NCBI GenBank assembly: GCA_009103225.1
Contig: RHPI01002533.1
Location: forward strand, 214,841 to 278,840
Origin: Chlorokybus atmophyticus
Lineage: Eukaryota > Plantae > Mesostigma and Chlorokybus algae
Length of the DNA: 64,000 nucleotides
Direction: 5' to 3'
Shown here: positions 1-9,848 of the stretch, piece after piece
Position numbering within the stretch: position 1 is the first letter of the stretch
Layout of the letters: every line of letters begins with the position of its first letter
Position numbers and translations under genes: made by a program
The notes under the pieces: generated by a model
The model's input: only the letters and a program-made list of their open reading frames with translations
Databases searched by the model: none
Told to the model about the DNA's origin: nothing

Positions 1-2088
1 CACTGTCGAGCAGCAAACCGTCCGCGAGGACCGGCAGCAGCTGCAGCACCGCCACTTTCTCCACCACCTGAAAGGAGTGGTCGGACAGGAAGAAATCTAC
101 TGTGCTTGTGGGTGCCTTGAAGTGCGAAACCCGCAGAGTCGCCTTGCATGCATTCAGCCTGTGCACATCTGCTCGTGAGCACATGTTGTTGGCTTTTGTG
201 TTCAACACAAAAGCAACATCAAAGATGTGCCTGGCCTGCAGAATCTGTCTCGTGGATGGACGCATTCGTTCCTTTGCGGCGTCGTACACAGCAGCAAGCA
301 GGTGGTCAATGATGCCTCCTAGCACATGCATTGCGTCAGGGGCAAGACGAGAGTAGTAGTCAGCTCCCGGCACCCGCAACTGTCGCCAACCCCACAGTGC
401 ATTCTGTTGCCAAACCACATTGCCTGGTTTCACGGAAAGCCATTCATCCTCACGAATGCCGGTAATTTGACCATTACCTCCTCGACATGCATGGAGTGCT
501 GCTCTTTGAAAGCCTTGGCTGTCTGGCGTGCATTCCTAACACCGCTATGCAGGTCCGCCCGCAGCTGACGTATTGCTGGTGTGTAGAAGGCCTCGGTTCT
601 CAATTCCCGGTCCTCATCCATCTCCAACAGATCTGATTTGGTGACGAGACAAACATCGCAAGGATGTCGTGTTTGGTTGCCCGACACAGTGCGTGCGAGT
701 GTGGCAGTCTCCTACAACACGACAAACTCAGATGTTCTACTGACAACATCCTCCATGCACTGTTTGCTGGCGGGCTGCATCCGGTTACAACCATTCATGC
801 CCACTACCTGCAAATCGCTGATGTAGTTGGCAAGCGCGGGAAACACACGACGCTCGATGCCATTCGGGTCGATGAGCTGCAGACCTTCCCAACTCGCCCG
901 CTTCACATCCCCTAACACTACATTCAAAGCGTCATGAAAAATCTCACGTTTCCGAATGGAGAACGATTCCTTGCCCTGCGCCCAGGTGGGATGCCCGGCC
1001 ACTGCGTGAACCACCGGCAGAAGCGCTATCATAACAACCCCCATGTTGCTAGCATACATGTCCCAACTGTAGTTGGCAAGCGATGCCATCAGAGGGTAGC
1101 CAGAGCGCTTGCCCGCGCTGTCCAGCGTGGTCTTGTCACTGTACAGAATGGCAGGCGCCAAGTAGGACGCTTCCCCCACCTCTCTCCTCAAATCCACCTC
1201 CACATCCTTCCACCAATCGCCCGTGGAAGGATGGCCAAAGCTGTGCTCGTCACCAGTGTACTGGAGATTGAAGCCATTGGCGGCATGTGGATTGCCATAC
1301 AACCGCGCGAGCCATACCTGCTCCGACCAAGAGCATTACTTACTATGCTGGCCTCAGAATAGATACTGCATCGATACTGCATTAGGTACTGCATTTCACA
1401 GACCTTGGCCGGCATATATGTGACGCAGATGTCCTGATCCTCAGGGTCTCCAGGCTTGCGCAGGTCAGCCGTCACGTAGTTCTGATACGGCAGCACACTC
1501 GCATGTGCATATGTGACATGGCTCTGATGGTTGAAGCACATGCACCGCACACCGTGAACACACCTCAGACTGAGAGAAAGCAATCGTGGTCCGGAGGTAG
1601 CTGGCCGCATGCACACCGGTCTCCCACTGGAGCTCTTCCGTCAGGAAGTGTGCATTTCGGATGCACTTGATGATCCGCCCCATGTCGGAGGCCGACAGGC
1701 CTTGGCCGTTGTTGCACTGCACGAATGCCACTGCAAGAGCATGCTCCGAGCCATACCACCTGGATTCCGACGCGTGCGAAGGGACGCCTCCACTTCCATG
1801 TTGGCGTGCCACAGGTTTCTCAGGCACACGCACACATCGAAAGCCCTCGTTCACTTCCTCCTCCTCCTGTTGCTGCTGTGCGTGTGTCTCCTGGAGGAAT
1901 CCTTCAGCATCAAGCATGTGAGCATCCTGGATCGAACTCCCCGGTTCAACATGACCCGCATCGTACTGTAATGGACGCTGGCCGACATACAGCTTGATCT
2001 GCTTGCACACCCTGCTGCTAATAATGTGCATGTAGACCGAGCTGCGTGTGGCGAAGCGCATGTGGCAATACGGACAAAGGACTCCCAT
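1..2088 (-). CDS. Plavaka-family (CACTA/EnSpm-related) DNA transposase, copy 1; spliced; 3' part runs off the window
   Basis: N-terminal C2H2-like finger (CPYCHMRFATRSSVYMH), GHPSTGDWW, APAILYSDKT (first catalytic D), GYPLMASLAN, ALANYISDLQ|E (second D), HPCDVCLV, PDAMHVL-GGIIDHL. GT-AG junctions join the ORF pieces (e.g. MPAK|VWLARLYGN, SDLQ|ETAT). I saw no exon stop codon down to position 1. Confidence 0.85.
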
Positions 2089-2245
2089 ATCTCACTACTA
2101 ACGTCGACACAGGTGTCGCCAATGTAACCTGCATCATATCCAGCAACACGCACACCCGCCGCCGCCGCCGCCGCCGCCACCGCCACCGCTACCGCTACCC
2201 TTGCATGCCAGAGGCGGGAAACTTGGCCGCCAGTCACTGGCTCCG

Positions 2246-2416
2246 TCGTACCATTATAATGGTACGATCGAGCCATTGCACGTCCAGGGTGAGTCTCTGG
2301 ATATTTTTATATACATATATATTCTGATTGAACCGTTTCAATGGTACGAAGATGCCTTTGCCAAAAGGTATAGGCATTGTACAAAGGTACCATTGAAATG
2401 GTACCTTTGTACAATG
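2246..2416. promoter_or_regulatory. Palindrome-rich divergent intergenic region of the Plavaka element
   Basis: Perfect 22-bp palindrome tcgtaccattataatggtacga (2246-2267) and a 42-bp palindrome with 20-bp arms and a 2-nt centre (2375-2416). Lies between the transposase ATG (2088, -) and the accessory gene (2607, +). Regulatory role is inferred. Confidence 0.5.
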
Positions 2417-2606
2417 GCAATGGCAGTTCGTACCATTGACAACTCTGGCAATGTCAGTCCCCCTGCGCATGAAAACACCATTGATAGCTCCGCCAAGCTA
2501 TGCCCTTACAGGGGCGTGATGCCGAGGGTATGTGGCGTTTGGAAGATCGTTGGCGGCGCTGCCAGGGGCGTAGTGGGCATTGTGGTCGAGGTCCGGGATG
2601 AATTCC

Positions 2607-3452
2607 ATGTTCGCACAGGGCGGGCAGGGTGCCGGAGGGGTGTCCTCGGTGTCAAACCCCACCAAGACTACCAAGGGCACATCCAATGACAACAGTGACT
2701 CGGGCGATATCTTACAGGGCTCCCCCTCCGAGTGGGCAAAGGCACACCACAATACTGCCTCTAAGAAAATCCGACCCACCAGCAGCTGCGACCACGGCGA
2801 CATGATTGAAGGGACCAAACAAGACTGGCATAACCAAGGTGGGTTACGATGCACTGTCAATGCCACATGCTAGGGTTCTTTTATCTTGCACATGCACAGC
2901 CTCAAGTATCTTGCACTTGACATACATTGTCAATACGACATGCACACCCTCATGCACAACCTCCAGTGTCATGCACATGAACAGCATGACCAATCTCGCA
3001 AATGCACAGCCTATTTCTACTTGCGGGAGCTCACAAGTCGCAAAAGAGAAGCTGCGGAGTCAAACGAACGGGTAATCTATGACCTAGTTTAATGTTTCCA
3101 GCGGAATTAAGCAGTATGCTTGCAGATTGCCATGTTGGTCAGAGTGAACCAAGAGCAGCGCGGCAGGCTGACTGTCTGCCTGGCGGAGTGCAACAAAGCG
3201 GAAGACGAGGTAAGCGTGTGTATGCTGATGGGCTAGTCCTCTGGCAGCACGCCACTCTTACAGCATTACCAAATGCAGGTGGTCACTCTCAAAGCGACCA
3301 TCAAGCGCATGCGCGTGCACGGCGAGGCGCTGACATTCAAGCTGAAGGACGAAGTAGCCGCTGTACTGTCAGCGAGCGAGGCAGCGGATGAAGATGACTC
3401 CGGCGTTGAAGCAAAAGACTCGTCGGAGGAGGAACAGGAGGAGGGGGTTTGA
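2607..3452 (+). CDS. Accessory gene of Plavaka copy 1; 4 exons, ~183 aa, predicted helical region plus acidic tail, unknown function
   Basis: Exons 2607-2838, 3010-3071, 3126-3209 and 3279-3452 all have GT/AG ends and splice in phase to an uninterrupted frame (...NQ|AYFYLRELTSRKREAAESNER|IAMLVRVNQEQRGRLTVCLAECNKAEDE|VVTLKATIKRMRV...EEEQEEGV*). An in-frame ATG at 2598 is an alternative start. Confidence 0.7.
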
Positions 3453-3780
3453 GGAGGAGTTCTTAGGCAGGCACCACGGGTTGACAAGCTGCGCATGAGT
3501 CCGACAGCTAGACTCAATGTTATAGGATAGTTTCATGCGCAAGTCGGCTGCTCAGTTGTGAGTGGACATACTCTCACCACTGCCCGTACATTGTATATAT
3601 TGTGGGCTTTTAGGTGCAAGACCAAACAATCAGTCCAAGGTTTGTACAAGCTGCATGGCATGTTAGTGTTGGCTTACGGCAAGAATTGCCAACTTTTGTC
3701 AAATGGCAAGGGTCACATATTAACAGCAGTGTAACGGCAAAGAAACTGCCGGCTATGGCTTTCAACTGTCCGTAACTACC

Positions 3781-3845
3781 GGTTAACGGCCGTCTGTGCA
3801 CATCGACCAAAGGGTAACTGGTTGACAACTCTCGGCCGGTTAGTG
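3781..3845. repeat. Probable right terminus of Plavaka copy 1 (…ggttagtg; CACTAAC on the - strand)
   Basis: Ends in gttagtg like the terminus at 14950 and shares the cggccgtctg motif (3787) with the neighbouring TIR. The partner end would lie outside the window. Confidence 0.45.
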
Positions 3846-4068
3846 CCACTGACAACCACTTTCGGCCCGCGGCCGTCTGCGTCAGTCCACTTAAGCCAAC
3901 GGCAAACCCAACAGTCCAAAAGTAATATTTCAGGCAGCAACAGGCAGGCTCAGGCAGGCTCAGGCACCAGTCAGTCCCTCAGTCCTTAGTCAGTCACCGT
4001 GTAAAATTTGCGACGATGTGTAGGCGGTGTCCTCCTTAATGTACATGCTGTGCTGTAGGACACGAAGC

Positions 4069-4184
4069 CAACAAGCCATTACTATAGGTAGTGCTGTTTA
4101 CATAGTTCTTTGCATGAGCGGAAAATGTGTTACACTGTTAAGTGAAGTGAATGAGCAAGCAACATGTGGATACTATGCCCTGAT
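4069..4184 (+). repeat. 116-bp direct repeat, copy A (copy B at 8174-8289)
   Basis: caacaagcc…gtagtgctgtttaca…gaatgagcaagcaaca(t/c)gtggatactatgccctgat occurs at both sites, same length, substitutions only. Confidence 0.85.
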
Positions 4185-4829
4185 TGATGCCACCAAACAC
4201 ATTGCAACCAGGCACACCAAGCTCACAGCGATAACAAGCACGATGCATACGCGAGCATGCACAGGCTCTCACACAGTGAGGGGGTTCTTGGTAACCGGGA
4301 TGGCGTGTTCGCAGTTCAAGTCGTTTCACAAGCTTTTAGCTTTCTCACTCACAGTGTCACCAGCTGATCCGGTGAACACTGCGACTACTTCTACAAGTCA
4401 AATTATGACTGTTCACAACATAAGCTAACGGTCGTCTCGAGGCTATTTCCACAGCAATTGTCACTTGATACAGAGCACAACTTATAACTGAACTCACAAC
4501 TGAAAAGCTACGCGCGGTGCCTATGTAGGCTATGGTTGTGAGCTATCATGAAGTCATGACCTAGCTACTAAACAAGAACGCGCGCGCGTTGGTATGCTGG
4601 TAGGCCGGGCGACGGTCTCGATGTAGACATGCGCGATGAACGCTGGTAGGCGTGGGCATTAGGCATGACAGTGGGAAGCGTGGGCGGCCAAGGATTCTGT
4701 CCAAGCAGGCCAGGTAGGCCAGCTGGGCCGGCTGCCCACTGTCGCCGCCGCCTACCTGTGGACCTGGGCGCAGTTCTGCTGAAACAGCACTAGCAGAGCG
4801 TTCATAGCCTAGCCTCCCCTAGCGCTTAT

Positions 4830-5990
4830 TTGGCCACCACAGGCAGCGCCAGGCCAGCACCGGCACTCTTGCGCAGCAGCACCGCACGCAGCGGGGTGAC
4901 TCCTTCACGATGGCCTCCGCCAGCCTCGCCGCCACCATTGCCGAGGAGGAGGCCTGCTCACAGGACGCCAACCCTGCCGTCGCCGCCTCCGTCGACAGCT
5001 TACAGGACAAGACCAACATGCCCACGCGCAGGCTGTTGTATGACACGGGTCGTACGTGAAAGAGACCAAGATAGGGCGCGCATACCAGGCTACCTACGCA
5101 CCTACAGGCAGCGCATCGCTTGCGAGCTACAGAAGGCACAAGCAGCGGCAGTCTTCGACAAGGTGGCAGCCATGACGGACATGAGGTCATACAGAAGTGT
5201 GTCGTCACCGACGCAGGATCTTTCGACCTGTTGCTGGGACAGGACTTCAACTTCCCTGTTGGCATGGTGATGGACTACTGGTTAAAGAATGTTGAAGTTA
5301 TTTCTACATCCAGGCGAACGGTCAGCTTGCCCTCTGAATAGGAATGGCCGCGAGAAGGCTCTAGGCGAGGACTCAAGTCGAAAGTTCCAGGCGCGGACTC
5401 GAGTCCGGAGTCTGGCGACTTCCAGACCTGCACGAGAATCGTCATAACTCGGTAGTTACTGCACCGATTTGGACGTTCTAGAGCTTAGTAGATAGCTCTT
5501 GAGAGTAGCTACAAGATGCTTCTTAGGACGCAGCATTCAAATAAGTGTAGCAAACGTGGTGGCTTCTAGAGTAGACAGGTGTATTCCTGGCGGGTAAAAC
5601 CCGCGGACATGAATGCAATAGATGGTCTTAGTCTTAGTCTTGTTGTTGCAGCCTCTTGGCGTTGGTGTTTGGTGGCGTGCACACATGTGCATGTGTAGGT
5701 TTGTCAACGCATCTCAACAAAGAAGGCATGGTTTCGTTTTCATTGGGATGAGGAGGATGAAGAGGTTTAAGGAAATCTGCCTCTCGAGCTGGTGGCTCGC
5801 ACTCGCTCCCACCGGAGGTCAGCTGCAACAGCCACCTACAAGTCATTGTCGACAACCACTAACAACTCAGCTGCAACAGCCACCCATACGTTGGGTTCGG
5901 CAACCACTGACAGGTCATCTGCGATGATCACCCACAACTCTGACCAACATTCTCCTATCCCATACGACAAATCTTAGGAAGATGCCACTG
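4830..5990 (+). mobile_element. Degenerate Ty3/Gypsy gag-pol remnant (gag-like region, aspartic protease C-terminal motif, linker)
   Basis: VVTDAGSFDLLLGQDF resembles the retropepsin C-terminal DxLLGxDF motif. It lies directly upstream of the retrotransposon-type DNMT. Frameshifts and stops are present. Confidence 0.5.
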
Positions 5991-6149
5991 AAGAAGTGGC
6001 CCGCCAGAAACCAGCGGAACGCCGCTGCCGCGCACAGGTGGTCGCACATCTACTAATGATCAGACCACGGCTCACTTCACGGGTCCCTCTCTACAGGGAC
6101 CAAGCTGCGGTCCAGGAGCAACACCAGGTGGCCATTGGAGTATTGGAGT

Positions 6150-6655
6150 TTCACGTATTCCGTCGCCAACAAGGCACCACCGTGTTGAAACTATTTGGAG
6201 GAATAGGTAGTGGCCTCGCCGCTGTCCGCAACACCGGCGCGACGGTCATCAAGTACTTCTGCTGTGACCCTGATCCACACGCACAGAGTGCCCTAGGCCA
6301 CCGACTGCGCCACCTACACAAATGCTACCCGCAGCGACTGCCGCTATCAACACTGCAAGGCAGTCTGAAGGCACTGCCACAGGACATCCGTGTAATCACT
6401 GCGGATCACCTCCTGGCGGTGGGCAACATCGACTTGCTGATAGCAGGATGGGAGTGTCAAGGACACTCCAGAGCAGGCAGAGGCCACGGACTCGCTGATC
6501 CACGCTCATGACTATTCTGAGAACTGATGCGTGTCATCCAAATCCTGCACAGCAACCAGCTGTCCAGGCCTTCGGGATACATCATCGAGAATGTGCACTC
6601 CGAAGACAATAACCGAAGGCACGTCGATAGCTGCCAGGGCCTCCATCTTCGCCTG
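6150..6655 (+). pseudogene. Retrotransposon-type C5 DNA methyltransferase domain, truncated after motif VI
   Basis: Motif I VLKLFGGIGSG, motif IV DLLIAGWECQGHS, DPRS*LF*E with two stops, motif VI GYIIENV. Cut off at the junction with the inverted RT fragment. Confidence 0.85.
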
Positions 6656-7150
6656 CTATATGTACACACCGTGGGGCACAATCATGTGCCCTAGGTAGAG
6701 TACCTTGCGAGTGAAAAAGGTGCACTTGTCGGGGTGCACTGTCATCCTTACCCCCTTGAGTCTCTCCAACACTTCTTCGATGTGCTGTAGGTGCTCTTCG
6801 TTGCTGTGGCTAAAGATGAGAATGTCGTCAATATCGCATCGCGCGAAGTCAAGCCCCTTCAAGGCTTTGTCCATGACGCGCTGGAACTTGGTAGGAGCAT
6901 TCTTCAGTCCGAAGGGCATGACTTTCCACTGGTACAGCTGCCGGTTGCCCCAAAAAGAGGTCTTGTGCTTGTCCTCCTCCTTGATAGTGATCTCGTTATA
7001 CCCTTGTCGCATGTCCAGGATGCTGAAGACTATATAGTCTCCTACATCGTCAAAGATACCCTCTGCAGTAGGCATTGGAAACCTGTCTTGTTTGGTCTTG
7101 TTGTTAAGGGGGCGATAGTCGCCGCACATACGCCGAAGTGCAGTGTATAG
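6656..7150 (-). pseudogene. Ty3/Gypsy reverse transcriptase fragment
   Basis: RMCGDYRPLN, FSILDMRQGY, KTSFW, MPFGLKNAP, CDIDD (YxDD mutated), HPDKC, YLGH. No RNase H or integrase follows. Confidence 0.93.
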
Positions 7151-7307
7151 ATCCTTGAGTGGAGAGTCAGAGATGGCAGCACCTACAATGATGGCTGGTG
7201 CGCGCAGTGCAACTGACCCGAGGGTGAAAGCACTGCCTCCCGCACGAGAGCCAGGTGTTGCCAAAGGTAAAGGTGTGCCCACTTCAACAGCTGCAGTTCG
7301 TTGTTCT

Positions 7308-7733
7308 TTAAGGATGGCAGTAGAATGGTCCAAGATCCGGGCCCGTCGCGCGGCCCTCTATCTCAATCTCTGCAGGGGTCAGGTTGACGATCACCAACTC
7401 GGGTTCCTCCTCTGCTCTGTCAATGGCTGCGGTTATGGACAACCCGATGACTGCAGCGGGAGTGGCAGGTGAAAAGACGGCTACTAAACTTTGCAGTGAC
7501 GCAGATGCTATCGTACTGGCGAGCTCGCCATAGCCAGTTACTCGATGCAGTTTAGTAACAAACTTCCAGACATCATGTGCTTCATGGTCTAAAAACTGAA
7601 CAGCAATGTGAAAAGAGATCTCGTTTGACTGATCTTTGTTCTTCAGAGCCTGCTGTCGCATCTTGGAGTGGAACTTGATGATGAATTTGTCCAGCAAGAT
7701 AGTGCTAGCACGTCCGGAGAAGCGCAGGGACAT
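7308..7733 (-). pseudogene. Gag-like N-terminal fragment upstream of the RT fragment
   Basis: MSLRFSG…LDKFIIKF…AVQFLDHEAHDVW resembles a retrotransposon gag N-terminus. It is joined to RT by an apparent internal deletion. Confidence 0.45.
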
Positions 7734-8173
7734 GGCTGAGCTGAAAACTCCATCTCGTAGTCATCACTGTCGGACGAGAGTGGGAAAGCTCAATGCCGAG
7801 GAGTGGACAGGATCGGAGCGAAGTTGGAGACAGAACGCGAGCCTCTGATGCTACGATCGTTGCCCCCGTTGCTGGCCCGCTCGTAGCTGAGATTGGAGGT
7901 TGGGCTCCAGCTGCTGAGTTCACCCGACTATTGGAGAGAACGGAGTGGGCCTGCTCATACACCTAGTCCACAGGTGAAAGTGTATGCATGGTAGAGTGTT
8001 TGTACTCCACTGCCTGTCTCGATGCCGCTACCACCTACCACACTAGTGCTTGTGTGCGCACTATGTAATGACAGTGATAACGAATGCACAGGGAGGTGTT
8101 TTCAGATACAGACTGCACTATTTGGTGCAGAATGCAACGCACTCACTTGAGCAAAGAGGGTGACACTGCGAGT

Positions 8174-8289
8174 CAACAAGCCACTACAATATGTAGTGCT
8201 GTTTACACAGTTTTTTGCATGAGCGAAAAATGTTTTACACTATTAAGTGAGGTGAATGAGCAAGCAACACGTGGATACTATGCCCTGAT
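8174..8289 (+). repeat. 116-bp direct repeat, copy B
   Basis: Matches 4069-4184. Homology stops exactly at the TIR starting at 8290. Confidence 0.85.
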
Positions 8290-9848
8290 CACCGGTAGAA
8301 ATGGCCCCCCAACAGTTCGGCCTTGCCCACAAATTAATTGGAGATCTAGCTATAACTTAATTAGGGATCCATATCCATTTTTGCACTTTTTGCGGCTGCA
8401 GCCACAACTTTGTTTGGTATCGAGCTGCCATTCAGGTTAACTAGCTGGTGTGCATTAAGTTCGTTATCCGTCTTTTTTTGAACTTTATAATGGCCACATT
8501 CTAAACTGATTTTTAGTTAGATCATGTATTAAGAAGATTAATCTTAATGCGTGATCGTCTTTTTTTGAACTTTATAATAGCCACATTCTAAACTGATTTT
8601 TAGTTAGATCATGTATTAAGGAGATTAATCTTAATGCGTGATCTAACCGGGAATGTTATGTTATGGCCGCAGTTCGCGGCGAAAAGCCAAAAGAGCCACA
8701 GCACACGGGTTTGCGTCTCTCCATCGGCGAGATTCAAGCCTGCGCGGCAGAATCTGCTGGGTTAGCAAGCGACAGCATACGACCTTACAGTGGACCGGCT
8801 AGACAACGACGACACGAGTCACCTTACGCCGCGTTTGTAAAACATATCACTTATAACAGCTGCCTCAAATTGTCTCACGTGCCGCAATGCATGCATCGCG
8901 CATGCACCAACAGCTGCATACAACGGCACTACCGGTATATGTATATATATATACATATAGATATATAGTCATACATATATAACATTTGTTGTAATAGATA
9001 TATATACCGCGATATTTACATATATTCACCACTTGTATCCAAAAGATAAAGGTGAAGGTGGATTGTACCATTATAAAGGTGACGTGGGGAGAGAGACTTT
9101 GTTCGACTTGTCGTTTTGTCCAATCACAGCGCGAGATAATCGGCAAATGTTTGCATTATGCGCCGTGTGTCACCTGCTGGCGCAAGGTTGGTTGCGGAGT
9201 TCTGGTCAAGTCTTTACATGTTTACCTCATGTGCTACCACGGTTTACCAATGATTATACATGCAAGTCGCAGCCTTCTACTTGCTTGCCCCGCGGCCTGC
9301 TAGTAGTGGGCCGCGGGGCAAGCCATCAATAGGCCGCGGGGTTAAACCGACAATTTTGCAATGATGTGGTCGTAAAATAATTATGGTTTGTAACAGCGGA
9401 AGACTCGATCTTAGCGTTCTGAGTTGTTAAGCATGAAGTCTTGTATCGTTAATGGAACCGGTCACAATTTCAAAGATGATGTGTACAGCTTTAGCATGCA
9501 ATCTAAATGCATTATAATGTTATCGTCGAGTCCGCAATTGCGTTCGGGAGTAAAGACGCACTGTTAACAAATTGGTCACAACTGTAATTGCGACTGATAC
9601 AAGTCTTTCTCACGGCTTGAACCCTTGATTACGTAAACACCGAATCTTTAACATTGTTGGGGATCCGGTACTTACGATCATCATCGGCAAATTGCCGTTT
9701 GTGACAGGTCGGAATGAAATTCCGGCTGCAGCTACAACATATATACGGATCCGTCATAAAGTAAGCAAAATCCGCAAATAATGTCCGGCTTCGTCCATTA
9801 CAAAGTTGCGGATCCAACTTGATTTGCCGAAACCCATTTCTACCGGTG
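8290..9848. mobile_element. 1559-bp non-autonomous TIR element (CACCGGTA-type termini)
   Basis: Perfect 15-bp TIR: caccggtagaaatgg (8290-8304) / ccatttctaccggtg (9834-9848). AT-rich non-coding interior. No TSD (flanks …gat / ggc…). Confidence 0.75.
8469..8643 (+). repeat. Tandem duplication, 87-bp period, two copies
   Basis: cgtctttttttgaactttataat…ttaatgcgtgatc repeated with 2 substitutions. The first unit contains the palindrome aagattaatctt (one substitution in unit 2). Confidence 0.9.

Noticed and set aside
5820-5915. 48-bp tandem repeat containing cactaacaac/cactgaca, similar to the Plavaka TIR start
   Set aside because: Reads as a T/S/A-rich coding linker of the retroelement; a 10-bp match is compatible with chance.
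9781-9848. ATG and short frame (MSGFVHYKVADPT*) as the MTase start
   Set aside because: Lies inside the 8290-9848 TIR element, so it is not part of the original gene.
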